64,000 bases of DNA from the human T2T-CHM13v2.0 reference genome, Homo sapiens: the NCBI RefSeq assembly GCF_009914755.1, contig NC_060928.1; one strand, given 5' to 3'. Position 1 is the first letter of the stretch. Each line of letters opens with the position of its first letter. This document shows, piece by piece, positions 40,535 through 55,500 of the stretch. The notes beneath the pieces are model-generated. The model was not told the origin of the DNA, searched no databases, and saw only the letters and a program-made list of their open reading frames with translations. Made by a program: the position numbers and the translations under genes.

Positions 40535-43500
40535 CATTCTCAGAAACTTGTTTGTGATGTGTGTATTCAACTAACAGAGTTGAACTTTTGTTTTTACAGA
40601 GCCGTTTTAAAACACTCTTTTTGTGGAATCAGAAAGTGGATATTCGGATGGCTCTGAGGATTTCGTTGGAAGCGGGATTACATATAAAATCTAGAGAGAA
40701 GCATTCTCAGGAACTTCTTTGTGATGTTTGCATTGAAGTCACAGAATTGAACATTCACTTTGATAGAGCAGGTTTGAAACACTCATTCTGTAGTATCTGG
40801 AAGTGGACATTTCAAGCGCTTTCAGGCCTATGGTGAAAAAGGAAATATCTTCGAATAAAAACTAGACAGAAGCATCCTCAGAAACTTATTTGTGATGTGT
40901 GTCCTCAACTAACAGAGTTGAAACTTTGTTTTGATACAGCATTTTGGAAACACTCTTTTTGTAGAATCTGCAGGTGGATATTTGGATAGCTTAGAGGGAT
41001 TCGTTGGAAAGGGGATATCTTCATATAAAATCTAGACAGAAGCATTCTCAGAAACTTATTTGTGATGTGTGTCCTCAACTAACAGAGTTGAACCTTGGTT
41101 TTGATACAGCATTTTGGAAACACTCCTTTTGTAGAATCTGCAGGTGGATATGTGGATAGCTCTGAAGATTTCGTTGGAAACGGGAATTTCTTCATATAAA
41201 ATCAAACAGAAGCATTCTCAGAAACTTCTCAGTGATGTTTGCATTCAGCTCATGGAGTTGAACACTTCCTTTCATAGAGCCGGTTTGAAACACTCTTTCT
41301 GCACTACCTGGAAGAGGACATTTCGAGCGCTTTGAGTCCTATGGTGAAAAAGGAAATATCTTCTCATAAAAACCAGAAAGAAGCATTCTCAGAAACTTCT
41401 TTGTGTTGTGTGTACTCATGTAACAGTGTTGAACCATCCTTTTGACAGAGCAGTTTTGAAACACTCTTTTTGTAGAATCTGCAAGTGGATATTTGGATAG
41501 CTTTGAGGATTTCGTTGGAAACGGGATGACATATAATATCTAGAGAGAAGCATACTCAGGAACTTCTTTGTGATGTTTGCATTCAAGTCACAGAATTGAA
41601 CATTCCCTTTCATAGAGCAGGTTTGAAACACTCTTTCTCTAGTATCTGGAAGTGGGCATTTCAAGCGCTTTCAGGCCTATGGAGAGAAAGGAAATACCTT
41701 CAAATAAAAACTAGACAGAAGCATTCTCAGAAACTTATTTGTGATGTGTGTCCTCAACTAACAGAGTTGAACCTTTGTTTTGATACAGCATTTTGGAAAC
41801 ACTCCTTTTGTAGAATCTGCAGGTGGATATTTGGATAACTTTGAAGATTTCGTTGGAAACCGGAATATCTTCATATAAAATCAAGACAGAAGCATTCTCG
41901 GAAACATCTCTGTGATGTTTGCATTCAACTCAGTAGAGTTGAACACTTCCTTTCATAGAGCAGGTTTGAAACACTCTTTCTGCACTACCTGGAAGCGGAC
42001 ATTTCGAGCGCTTTGAGGCCTATGGTGAAAAAGGAAATATCTTCTCATAAAAACCAGAAAGAAGCATTCTCAGAAACTTCTTTGTGTTGTGTGTACTCAA
42101 GTAACAGTGTTGAACCTTCCTGTTGACACAGCAGTTTTGAAACACTCTTTTGGTAGAATCTGCAAGTGGATATTTGGATAGCTTTGAGGATTTCGTTGGA
42201 AACGGGTTATCTTCATATAAAATCCAGACAGGAGCATTCTCAGAAACTTCTTTGTGCTGCATGTCCTCAATTCACAGAGCTGAACCTTTGTTTGGATACA
42301 GCATTTTGGAAACATTCCTTTAGTAGAATCTGCAAGTTGATATTTAGATAGCTTTGAAGATTTCGTTGGAAACGGGAATATCTTCATAGAAAATCTAGAC
42401 GGAAGCATTCTCAGAAACTGCTTTGTGATGTTTGCATTCAAGTCACAGAGTTGAATATTCCCTTTTATAGAGTAGGTTTGAAACACTCTTTTGGCACTAC
42501 CTGGAAGTGGATATTTCGAGCTCTTTGAGGCCTATGGTTAAAAGGAAATATCTTCCCATAAAAACTAGACAGAAGCCGTCTCAGAAACTTGTTTGTGATG
42601 TGTGTATTCAACTACCAGAGTTGAACATTTCTGTTACAGAGCAATTTTAAAACACTCTTTTTGTGGAATCTGAAAGTGGATAATTGGATAGCTTTGTGGA
42701 TTTCGTTGGAAACGGGATGACGTATAAAATCTAGAGAGAAGCATTCTCAGGAACTTCTTTCTGATGTTTGCATTCAAGTCACAGAATTGAACATTCCTTT
42801 TCATAGTGCAGGTTTGAAACACTCTTTCTGTAGTATCTGGAAGTGGACATTTCAAGCGCTTTCAGGCCTACGGGGAGAAAGGAAATATCTTCAAATAAAA
42901 ACTAGACAGAAGGATTCTCAGAAACTTATTTGTGATGTGTGTCCTAAACGAACACAGTTGAACCTTTGTTTTGATACAGCATTTTGGAAACACTCCTTTT
43001 GTAGGATCTGCAGGTGGATATTTGGATAGATTTTAAGATTTCGTTGGAAACGGGAGTTTCTTCATAGAAACTCAAGACAGATGCATTCTCAGAAACATCT
43101 CTGTGATGTTTGCATTCCACTCATAGATTTGAAAACTTCCTTTCATAGAGCAGGTTTGAAACACTCTTTTTGTAATATTTGGAAGTGGACATTTGCAGCG
43201 CTTTGAGGCCTATGGTGAAAAAGGAAATATCTTCTCATAAAAACCAGAAACAAGCATTCTCAGAAACTTCTTTTTGATGTGTGTACTCAAGTAACAGAGT
43301 TGAACCTTCCTTTTGACACAGCAGTTTTGAAACAATCTTTTTGTAGAATCTGCAAGTGGATATTTGGATAGCTTTGAGGATTTCGTTGGAAACGGGCTAT
43401 CTTCATATAAAATCTAGACAGAAGCATTCTCAGAAACTTGTTTGTGCTGTATGTCCTCAATTAACAGAGTTGAACCATTGCTTGGATACAGCATTTTGGA

Positions 43501-46500
43501 AACATTCCTTGAGTAGAATCTGCAAGTTGATATTTAGATAGATTTGAAGATTTCGTTGGAAAAGGGAATATCTCCATGGAAAATCTAGAGGGAAGCATTC
43601 TCAGAAACTGCTTTGTGATGTTTCCATTCAAGTCACAGAGTTGAATATTCCCTTTTATAGAGCACGTTTGAAACACTCTTTCTGCACTATCTGGAAGTGG
43701 ACATTTCGAGCGCTTTGAGGCCTATGGTGAAAAAGGAAATATCTTCCCATAAAAACTAGACAGAAGCATTCTCAGAAACTTGTTTGTGATGTGTGTATTC
43801 AACTAACAGAGTTGAACTTTTGTTTTTACAGAGCCGTTTTAAAACACTCTTTTTGTGGAATCAGAAAGTGGATATTCGGATGGCTCTGAGGATTTCGTTG
43901 GAAGCGGGATTACATATAAAATCTAGAGAGAAGCATTCTCAGGAACTTCTTTGTGATGTTTGCATTGAAGTCACAGAATTGAACATTCACTTTGATAGAG
44001 CAGGTTTGAAACACTCATTCTGTAGTATCTGGAAGTGGACATTTCAAGCGCTTTCAGGCCTATGGTGAGAAAGGAAATATCTTCGAATAAAAACTAGACA
44101 GAAGCATCCTCAGAAACTTATTTGTGATGTGTGTCCTCAACTAACAGAGTTGAAACTTTGTTTTGATACAGCATTTTGGAAACACTCTTTTTGTAGAATC
44201 TGCAGGTGGATATTTGGATAGCTTAGAGGGATTCGTTGGAAAGGGGATATCTTCATATAAAATCTAGACAGAAGCATTCTCAGAAACTTATTTGTGATGT
44301 GTGTCCTCAACTAACAGAGTTGAACCTTGGTTTTGATACAGCATTTTGGAAACGCTCCTTTTGTAGAATCTGCAGGTGGATATGTGGATAGCTCTGAAGA
44401 TTTCGTTGGAAACGGGAATTTCTTCATATAAAATCAAACAGAAGCATTCTCAGAAACTTCTCAGTGATGTTTGCATTCAGCTCATGGAGTTGAACACTTC
44501 CTTTCATAGAGCCGGTTTGAAACACTCTTTCTGCACTACCTGGAAGAGGCCATTTCGAGCGCTTTGAGTCCTATGGTGAAAAAGGAAATATCTTCTCATA
44601 AAAACCAGAAAGAAGCATTCTCAGAAACTTCTTTGTGTTGTGTGTACTCATGTAACAGTGTTGAACCATCCTTTTGACAGAGCAGTTTTGAAACACTCTT
44701 TTTGTAGAATCTGCAAGTGGATATTTGGATAGCTTTGAGGATTTCGTTGGAAACGGGATGACATATAATATCTAGAGAGAAGCATTCTCAGGAACTTCTT
44801 TGTGCTGTTTGCATTCAAGTCACAGAATTGAACATTCCCTTTCATAGAGCAGATTTGAAACACTCTTTCTCTAGTATCTGGAAGTGGGCATTTCAAGCGC
44901 TTTCAGGCCTATTGAGAGAAAGGAAATACCTTCAAATAAAAACTAGACAGAAGCATTCTCAGAAACTTATTTGTGATGTGTGTCCTCAACTAACAGAGTT
45001 GAACCTTTGTTTTGATACAGCATTTTGGAAACACTCCTTTTGTAGAATCTGCAGGTGGATATTTGGATAGCTTTGAAGATTTCGTTGGAAACCGGAATAT
45101 CTTCATATAAAATCAAGACAGAAGCATTCTCGGAAACATCTCTGTGATGTTTGCATTCAACTCAGTAGAGTTGAACACTTCCTTTCATAGAGCCGGTTTG
45201 AAACACTCTTTCTGCACTACCTGGAAGCGGACATTTAGAGCGCTTTGAGGCCTATGGTGAAAAAGGAAATATCTTCTCATAAAAACCAGAAAGAAGCATT
45301 CTCAGAAACTTCTTTGTGTTGTGTGTACTCAAGTAACAGTGTTGAACCTTCCTTTTGACACAGCAGTTTTGAAACACTCTTTTGGTAGAATCTGCAAGTG
45401 GATATTTGGATAGCTTTGAGGATTTCGTTGGAAACGGGTTATCTTCATATAAAATCCAGACAGGAGCATTCTCAGAAACTTCTTTGTGCTGCATGTCCTC
45501 AATTCACAGAGCTGAACCTTTGTTTGGATACAGCATTTTGGAAACATTCCTTTAGTAGAATCTGCAAGTTGATATTTAGATAGCTTTGAAGATTTCGTTG
45601 GAAACGGGAATATCTTCATAGAAAATCTAGACGGAAGCATTCTCAGAAACTGCTTTGTGATGTTTGCATTCAAGTCACAGAGTTGAATATTCCCTTTTAT
45701 AGAGTAGGTTTGAAACACTCTTTCGGCACTACCTGGAAGTGGATATTTCGAGCTCTTTGAGGCCTATGGTTAAAAGGAAATATCTTCCCATAAAAACTAG
45801 ACAGAAGCCGTCTCAGAAACTTGTTTGTGATGTGTGTATTCAACTACCAGAGTTGAACATTTCTGTTACAGAGCAATTTTAAAACACTCTTTTTGTGGAA
45901 TCTGAAAGTGGATAATTGGATAGCTTTGTGGATTTCGTTGGAAACGGGATGACGTATAAAATCTAGAGAGAAGCATTCTCAGGAACTTCTTTGTGATGTT
46001 TGCATTCAAGTCACAGAATTGAACATTCCTTTTCATAGTGCAGGTTTGAAACACTCTTTCTGTAGTATCTGGAAGTGGACATTTCAAGCGCTTTCAGGCC
46101 TACGGGGAGAAAGGAAATATCTTCAAATAAAAACTAGACAGAAGGATTCTCAGAAACTTATTTGTGATGTGTGTCCTAAACGAACACAGTTGAACCTTTG
46201 TTTAGATACAGCATTTTGGAAACACTCCTTTTGTAGGATCTGCAGGTGGATATTTGGATAGATTTTAAGATTTCGTTGGAAACGGGAGTTTCTTCATAGA
46301 AACTCAAGACAGATGCATTCTCAGAAACATCTCTGTGATGTTTGCATTCCACTCATAGATTTGAAAACTTCCTTTCATAGAGCAGGTTTGAAACACTCTT
46401 TTTGTAATATTTGGAAGTGGACATTTGCAGCGCTTTGAGGCCTATGGTGAAAAAGGAAATATCTTCTGATAAAAACCAGAAACAAGCATTCTCAGAAACT

Positions 46501-49500
46501 TCTTTTTGATGTGTGTACTCAAGTAACAGAGTTGAACCTTCCTTTTGACACAGCAGTTTTGAAACAATCTTTTTGTAGAATCTGCAAGTGGATATTTGGA
46601 TAGCTTTGAGGATTTCGTTGGAAACGGGATATCTTCATATAAAATCTAGAGAGAAGCTTTCTCAGAAACTTCATTGTGCTGTATGTCCTCAATTAACAGA
46701 GTTGAACCATTGCTTGGATACAGCATTTTGGAAACATTCCTTGAGTAGAATCTGCAAGTTGATATTTAGATAGATTTGAAGATTTCGTTGGAAAAGGGAA
46801 TATCTCCATAGAAAATCTAGAGGGAAGCATTCTCAGAAACTGCTTTGTGATGTTTCCATTCAAGTCACAGAGTTGAATATTCCCTTTTATAGAGCACGTT
46901 TGAAACACTCTTTCTGCACTATCTGGAAGTGGACATTTCGAGCGCTTTGAGGCCTATGGTGAAAAAGGAAATATCTTCCCATAAAAACTAGACAGAAGCA
47001 TTCTCAGAAACTTGTTTGTGATGTGTGTATTCAACTAACAGAGTTGAACTTTTGTTTTTACAGAGCCGTTTTAAAACACTCTTTTTGTGGAATCAGAAAG
47101 TGGATATTCGGATGGCTCTGAGGATTTCGTTGGAAGCGGGATTACATATAAAATCTAGAGAGAAGCATTCTCAGGAACTTCTTTGTGATGTTTGCATTGA
47201 AGTCACAGAATTGAACATTCACTTTGATAGAGCAGGTTTGAAACACTCATTCTGTAGTATCTGGAAGTGGACATTTCAAGCGCTTTCAGGCCTATGGTGA
47301 GAAAGGAAATATCTTCGAATAAAAACTAGACAGAAGCATCCTCAGAAACTTATTTGTGATGTGTGTCCTCAACTAACAGAGTTGAAACTTTGTTTTGATA
47401 CAGCATTTTGGAAACACTCTTTTTGTAGAATCTGCAGGTGGATATTTGGATAGCTTAGAGGGATTCGTTGGAAAGGGGATATCTTCATATAAAATCTAGA
47501 CAGAAGCATTCTCAGAAACTTATTTGTGATGTGTGTCCTCAACTAACAGAGTTGAACCTTGGTTTTGATACAGCATTTTGGAAACACTCCTTTTGTAGAA
47601 TCTGCAGGTGGATATGTGGATAGCTCTGAAGATTTCGTTGGAAACGGGAATTTCTTCATATAAAATCAAACAGAAGCATTCTCAGAAACTTCTCAGTGAT
47701 GTTTGCATTCAGCTCATGGAGTTGAACACTTCCTTTCATAGAGCCGGTTTGAAACACTCTTTCTGCACTACCTGGAAGAGGACATTTCGAGCGCTTTGAG
47801 TCCTATGGTGAAAAAGGAAATATCTTCTCATAAAAACCAGAAAGAAGCATTCTCAGAAACTTCTTTGTGTTGTGTGTACTCATGTAACAGTGTTGAACCA
47901 TCCTTTTGACAGAGCAGTTTTGAAACACTCTTTTTGTAGAATCTGCAAGTGGATATTTGGATAGCTTTGAGGATTTCGTTGGAAACGGGATGACATATAA
48001 TATCTAGAGAGAAGCATACTCAGGAACTTCTTTGTGATGTTTGCATTCAAGTCACAGAATTGAACATTCCCTTTCATAGAGCAGGTTTGAAACACTCTTT
48101 CTCTAGTATCTGGAAGTGGGCATTTCAAGCGCTTTCAGGCCTATGGAGAGAGAGGAAATACCTTCAAATAAAAACTAGACAGAAGCATTCTCAGAAACTT
48201 ATTTGTGATGTGTGTCCTCAACTAACAGAGTTGAACCTTTGTTTTGATACAGCATTTTGGAAACACTCCTTTTGTAGAATCTGCAGGTGGATATTTGGAT
48301 AACTTTGAAGATTTCGTTGGAAACCGGAATATCTTCATATAAAATCAAGACAGAAGCATTCTCGGAAACATCTCTGTGATGTTTGCATTCAACTCAGTAG
48401 AGTTGAACACTTCCTTTCATAGAGCAGGTTTGAAACACTCTTTCTGCACTACCTGGAAGCGGACATTTCGAGCGCTTTGAGGCCTATGGTGAAAAAGGAA
48501 ATATCTTCTCATAAAAACCAGAAAGAAGCATTCTCAGAAACTTCTTTGTGTTGTGTGTACTCAAGTAACAGTGTTGAACCTTCCTTTTGACACAGCAGTT
48601 TTGAAACACTCTTTTGGTAGAATCTGCAAGTGGATATTTGGATAGCTTTGAGGATTTCGTTGGAAACGGGTTATCTTCATATAAAATCCAGACAGGAGCA
48701 TTCTCAGAAACTTCTTTGTGCTGCATGTCCTCAATTCACAGAGCTGAACCTTTGTTTGGATACAGCATTTTGGAAACATTCCTTTAGTAGAATCTGCAAG
48801 TTGATATTTAGATAGCTTTGAAGATTTCGTTGGAAACGGGAATATCTTCATAGAAAATCTAGACGGAAGCATTCTCAGAAACTGCTTTGTGATGTTTGCA
48901 TTCAAGTCACAGAGTTGAATATTCCCTTTTATAGAGTAGGTTTGAAACACTCTTTCGGCACTACCTGGAAGTGGATATTTCGAGCTCTTTGAGGCCTATG
49001 GTTAAAAGGAAATATCTTCCCATAAAAACTAGACAGAAGCCGTCTCAGAAACTTGTTTGTGATGTGTGTATACAACTACCAGAGTTGAACATTTCTGTTA
49101 CAGAGCAATTTTAAAACACTCTTTTTGTGGAATCTGAAAGTTTATAATTGGATAGCTTTGTGGATTTCGTTGGAAACGGGATGACGTATAAAATCTAGAG
49201 AGAAGCATTCTCAGGAACTTCTTTCTGATGTTTGCATTCAAGTCACAGAATTGAACATTCCTTTTCATAGTGCAGGTTTGAAACACTCTTTCTGTAGTAT
49301 CTGGAAGTGGACATTTCAAGCGCTTTCAGGCCTACGGGGAGAAAGGAAATATCTTCAAATAAAAACTAGACAGAAGGATTCTCAGAAACTTATTTGTGAT
49401 GTGTGTCCTAAACGAACACAGTTGAACCTTTGTTTTGATACAGCATTTTGGAAACACTCCTTTTGTAGGATCTGCAGGTGGATATTTGGATAGATTTTAA

Positions 49501-52500
49501 GATTTCGTTGGAAACGGGAGTTTCTTCATAGAAACTCAAGACAGATGCATTCTCAGAAACATCTCTGTGATGTTTGCATTCCACTCATAGAGTTGAAAAC
49601 TTCCTTTCATAGAGCAGGTTTGAAACACTCTTTTTGTAATATTTGGAAGTGGACATTTGCAGCGCTTTGAGGCCTATGGTGAAAAAGGAAATATCTTCTC
49701 ATAAAAACCAGAAACAAGCATTCTCAGAAACTTCTTTTTGATGTGTGTACTCAAGTAACAGAGTTGAACCTTCCTTTTGACACAGCAGTTTTGAAACAAT
49801 CTTTTTGTAGAATCTGCAAGTGGATATTTGGATAGCTTTGAGGATTTCGTTGGAAACGGGATATCTTCATATAAAATCTAGACAGAAGCATTCTCAGAAA
49901 CTTCTTTGTGCTGTATGTCCTCAATTAACAGAGTTGAACCATTGCTTGGATACAGCATTTTGGAAACATTCCTTGAGTAGAATCTGCAAGTTGATATTTA
50001 GATAGATTTGAAGATTTCGTTGGAAAAGGGAATATCTCCATATAAAATCTAGAGGGAAGCATTCTCAGAAACTGCTTTGTGATGTTTCCATTCAAGTCAC
50101 AGAGTTGAATATTCCCTTTTATAGAGCACGTTTGAAACACTCTTTCTGCACTATCTGGAAGTGGACATTTCGAGCGCTTTGAGGCCTATGGTGAAAAAGG
50201 AAATATCTTCCCATAAAAACTAGACAGAAGCATTCTCAGAAACTTGTTTGTGATGTGTGTATTCAACTAACAGAGTTGAACTTTTGTTTTTACAGAGCCG
50301 TTTTAAAACACTCTTTTTGTGGAATCAGAAAGTGGATATTCGGATGGCTCTGAGGATTTCGTTGGAAGCGGGATTACATATAAAATCTAGAGAGAAGCAT
50401 TCTCAGGAACTTCTTTGTGATGTTTGCATTGAAGTCACAGAATTGAACATTCACTTTGATAGAGCAGGTTTGAAACACTCATTCTGTAGTATCTGGAAGT
50501 GGACATTTCAAGCGCTTTCAGGCCTATGGTGAGAAAGGAAATATCTTCGAATAAAAACTAGACAGAAGCATCCTCAGAAACTTATTTGTGATGTGTGTCC
50601 TCAACTAACAGAGTTGAAACTTTGTTTTGATACAGCATTTTGGAAACAGTCTTTTTGTAGAATCTGCAGGTGGATATTTGGATAGCTTAGAGGGATTCGT
50701 TGGAAAGGGGATATCTTCATATAAAATCTAGACAGAAGCATTCTCAGAAACTTATTTGTGATGTGTGTCCTCAACTAACAGAGTTGAACCTTGGTTTTGA
50801 TACAGCATTTTGGAAACACTCCTTTTGTAGAATCTGCAGGTGGATATGTGGATAGCTCTGAAGATTTCGTTGGAAACGGGAATTTCTTCATATAAAATCA
50901 AACAGAAGCATTCTCAGAAACTTCTCAGTGATGTTTGCATTCAGCTCATGGAGTTGAACACTTCCTTTCATAGAGCCGGTTTGAAACACTCTTTCTGCAC
51001 TACCTGGAAGAGGACATTTCGAGCGCTTTGAGTCCTATGGTGAAAAAGGAAATATCTTCTCATAAAAACCAGAAAGAAGCATTCTCAGAAACTTCTTTGT
51101 GTTGTGTGTACTCATGTAACAGTGTTGAACCATCCTTTTGACAGAGCAGTTTTGAAACACTCTTTTTGTAGAATCTGCAAGTGGATATTTGGATAGCTTT
51201 GAGGATTTCGTTGGAAACGGGATGACATATAATATCTAGAGAGAAGCATACTCAGGAACTTCTTTGTGATGTTTGCATTCAAGTCACAGAATTGAACATT
51301 CCCTTTCATAGAGCAGGTTTGAAACACTCTTTCTCTAGTATCTGGAAGTGGGCATTTCAAGCGCTTTCAGGCCTATGGAGAGAAAGGAAATACCTTCAAA
51401 TAAAAACTAGACAGAAGCATTCTCAGAAACTTATTTGTGATGTGTGTCCTCAACTAACAGAGTTGAACCTTTGTTTTGATACAGCATTTTGGAAACACTC
51501 CTTTTGTAGAATCTGCAGGTGGATATTTGGATAACTTTGAAGATTTCGTTGGAAACCGGAATATCTTCATATAAAATCAAGACAGAAGCATTCTCGGAAA
51601 CATCTCTGTGATGTTTGCATTCAACTCAGTAGAGTTGAACACTTCCTTTCATAGAGCCGGTTTGAAACACTCTTTCTGCACTACCTGGAAGCGGACATTT
51701 CGAACGCTTTGAGGCCTATGGTGAAAAAGGAAATATCTTCTCATAAAAACCAGAAAGAAGCATTCTCAGAAACTTCTTTGTGTTGTGTGTACTCAAGTAA
51801 CAGTGTTGAACCTTCCTTTTGACACAGCAGTTTTGAAACACTCTTTTGGTAGAATCTGCAAGTGGATATTTGGATAGCTTTGAGGATTTCGTTGGAAACG
51901 GGTTATCTTCATATAAAATCCAGACAGGAGCATTCTCAGAAACTTCTTTGTGCTGCATGTCCTCAATTCACAGAGCTGAACCTTGGTTTGGATACAGCAT
52001 TTTGGAAACATTCCTTTAGTAGAATCTGCAAGTTGATATTTAGATAGCTTTGAAGATTTCGTTGGAAACGGGAATATCTTCATAGAAAATCTAGACGGAA
52101 GCATTCTCAGAAACTGCTTTGTGATGTTTGCATTCAAGTCACAGAGTTGAATATTCCCTTTTATAGAGTAGGTTTGAAACACTCTTTCGGCACTACCTGG
52201 AAGTGGATATTTCGAGCTCTTTGAGGCCTATGGTTAAAAGGAAATATCTTCCCATAAAAACTAGACAGAAGCCGTCTCAGAAACTTGTTTGTGATGTGTG
52301 TATTCAACTAACAGAGTTGAACATTTCTGTTACAGAGCAATTTTAAAACACTCTTTTTGTGGAATCTGAAAGTGGATAATTGGATAGCTTTGTGGATTTC
52401 GTTGGAAACGGGATGACGTATAAAATCTAGAGAGAAGCATTCTCAGGAACTTCTTTCTGATGTTTGCATTCAAGTCACAGAATTGAACATTCCTTTTCAT

Positions 52501-55500
52501 AGTGCAGGTTTGAAACACTCTTTCTGTAGTATCTGGAAGTGGACATTTCAAGCGCTTTCAGGCCTACGGGGAGAAAGGAAATATCTTCAAATAAAAACTA
52601 GACAGAAGGATTCTCAGAAACTTATTTGTGATGTGTGTCCTAAACGAACACAGTTGAACCTTTGTTTAGATACAGCATTTTGGAAACACTCCTTTTGTAG
52701 GATCTGCAGGTGGATATTTGGATAGATTTTAAGATTTCGTTGGAAACGGGAGTTTCTTCATAGAAACTCAAGACAGATGCATTCTCAGAAACATCTCTGT
52801 GATGTTTGCATTCCACTCATAGAGTTGAAAACTTCCTTTCATAGAGCAGGTTTGAAACACTCTTTTTGTAATATTTGGAAGTGGACATTTGCAGCGCTTT
52901 GAGGCCTATGGTGAAAAAGGAAATATCTTCTCATAAAAACCAGAAACAAGCATTCTCAGAAACTTCTTTTTGATGTGTGTACTCAAGTAACAGAGTTGAA
53001 CCTTCCTTTTGACACAGCAGTTTTGAAACAATCTTTTTGTAGAATCTGCAAGTGGATATTTGGATAGCTTTGAGGATTTCGTTGGAAACGGGATATCTTC
53101 ATATAAAATCTAGACAGAAGCATTCTCAGAAACTTCTTTGTGCTGTATGTCCTCAATTAACAGAGTTGAACCATTGCTTGGATACAGCATTTTGGAAACA
53201 TTCCTTGAGTAGAATCTGCAAGTTGATATTTAGATAGATTTGAAGATTTCGTTGGAAAAGGAAATATCTCCGTATAAAATCTAGAGGGAAGCATTCTCAG
53301 AAACTGCTTTGTGATGTTTCCATTCAAGTCACAGAGTTGAATATTCCCTTTTATAGAGCACGTTTGAAACACTCTTTCTGCACTATCTGGAAGTGGACAT
53401 TTCGAGCGCTTTGAGGCCTATGGTGAAAAAGGAAATATCTTCCCATAAAAACTAGACAGAAGCATTCTCAGAAACTTGTTTGTGATGTGTGTATTCAACT
53501 AACAGAGTTGAACTTTTGTTTTTACAGAGCCGTTTTAAAACACTCTTTTTGTGGAATCAGAAAGTGGATATTCGGATGGCTCTGAGGATTTCGTTGGAAG
53601 CGGGATTACATATAAAATCTAGAGAGAAGCATTCTCAGGAACTTCTTTGTGATGTTTGCATTGAAGTCACAGAATTGAACATTCACTTTGATAGAGCAGG
53701 TTTGAAACACTCATTCTGTAGTATCTGGAAGTGGACATTTCAAGCGCTTTCAGGCCTATGGTGAGAAAGGAAATATCTTCGAATAAAAACTAGACAGAAG
53801 CATCCTCAGAAACTTATTTGTGATGTGTGTCCTCAACTAACAGAGTTGAAACTTTGTTTTGATACAGCATTTTGGAAACACTTTTTTTGTAGAATCTGCA
53901 GGTGGATATTTGGATAGCTTAGAGGGATTCGTTGGAAAGGGGATATCTTCATATAAAATCTAGACAGAAGCATTCTCAGAAACTTATTTGTGATGTGTGT
54001 CCTCAACTAACAGAGTTGAACCTTGGTTTTGATACAGCATTTTGGAAACGCTCCTTTTGTAGAATCTGCAGGTGGATATGTGGATAGCTCTGAAGATTTC
54101 GTTGGAAACGGGAATTTCTTCATATAAAATCAAACAGAAGCATTCTCAGAAACTTCTCAGTGATGTTTGCATTCAGCTCATGGAGTTGAACACTTCCTTT
54201 CATAGAGCCGGTTTGAAACACTCTTTCTGCACTACCTGGAAGAGGACATTTCGAGCGCTTTGAGTCCTATGGTGAAAAAGGAAATATCTTCTCATAAAAA
54301 CCAGAAAGAAGCATTCTCAGAAACTTCTTTGTGTTGTGTGTACTCATGTAACAGTGTTGAACCATCCTTTTGACAGAGCAGTTTTGAAACACTCTTTTTG
54401 TAGAATCTGCAAGTGGATATTTGGATAGCTTTGAGGATTTCGTTGGAAACGGGATGACATATAATATCTAGAGAGAAGCATTCTCAGGAACTTCTTTGTG
54501 ATGTTTGCATTCAAGTCACAGAATTGAACATTCCCTTTCATAGAGCAGGTTTGAAACACTCTTTCTCTAGTATCTGGAAGTGGGCATTTCAAGCGCTTTC
54601 AGGCCTATGGAGAGAAAGGAAATACCTTCAAATAAAAACTAGACAGAAGCATTCTCAGAAACTTATTTGTGATGTGTGTCCTCAACTAACAGAGTTGAAC
54701 CTTTGTTTTGATACAGCATTTTGGAAACACTCCTTTTGTAGAATCTGCAGGTGGATATTTGGATAACTTTGAAGATTTCGTTGGAAACCGGAATATCTTC
54801 ATATAAAATCAAGACAGAAGCATTCTCGGAAACATCTCTGTGATGTTTGCATTCAACTCAGTAGAGTTGAACACTTCCTTTCATAGAGCCGGTTTGAAAC
54901 ACTCTTTCTGCACTACCTGGAAGCGGACATTTCGAGCGCTTTGAGGCCTATGGTGAAAAAGGAAATATCTTCTCATAAAAACCAGAAAGAAGCATTCTCA
55001 GAAACTTCTTTGTGTTGTGTGTACTCAAGTAACAGTGTTGAACCTTCCTTTTGACACAGCAGTTTTGAAACACTCTTTTGGTAGAATCTGCAAGTGGATA
55101 TTTGGATAGCTTTGAGGATTTCGTTGGAAACGGGTTATCTTCATATAAAATCCAGACAGGAGCATTCTCAGAAACTTCTTTGTGCTGCATGTCCTCAATT
55201 CACAGAGCTGAACCTTTGTTTGGATACAGCATTTTGGAAACATTCCTTTAGTAGAATCTGCAAGTTGATATTTAGATAGCTTTGAAGATTTCGTTGGAAA
55301 CGGGAATATCTTCATAGAAAATCTAGACGGAAGCATTCTCAGAAACTGCTTTGTGATGTTTGCATTCAAGTCACAGAGTTGAATATTCCCTTTTATAGAG
55401 TAGGTTTGAAACACTCTTTCGGCACTACCTGGAAGTGGATATTTCGAGCTCTTTGAGGCCTATGGTTAAAAGGAAATATCTTCCCATAAAAACTAGACAG

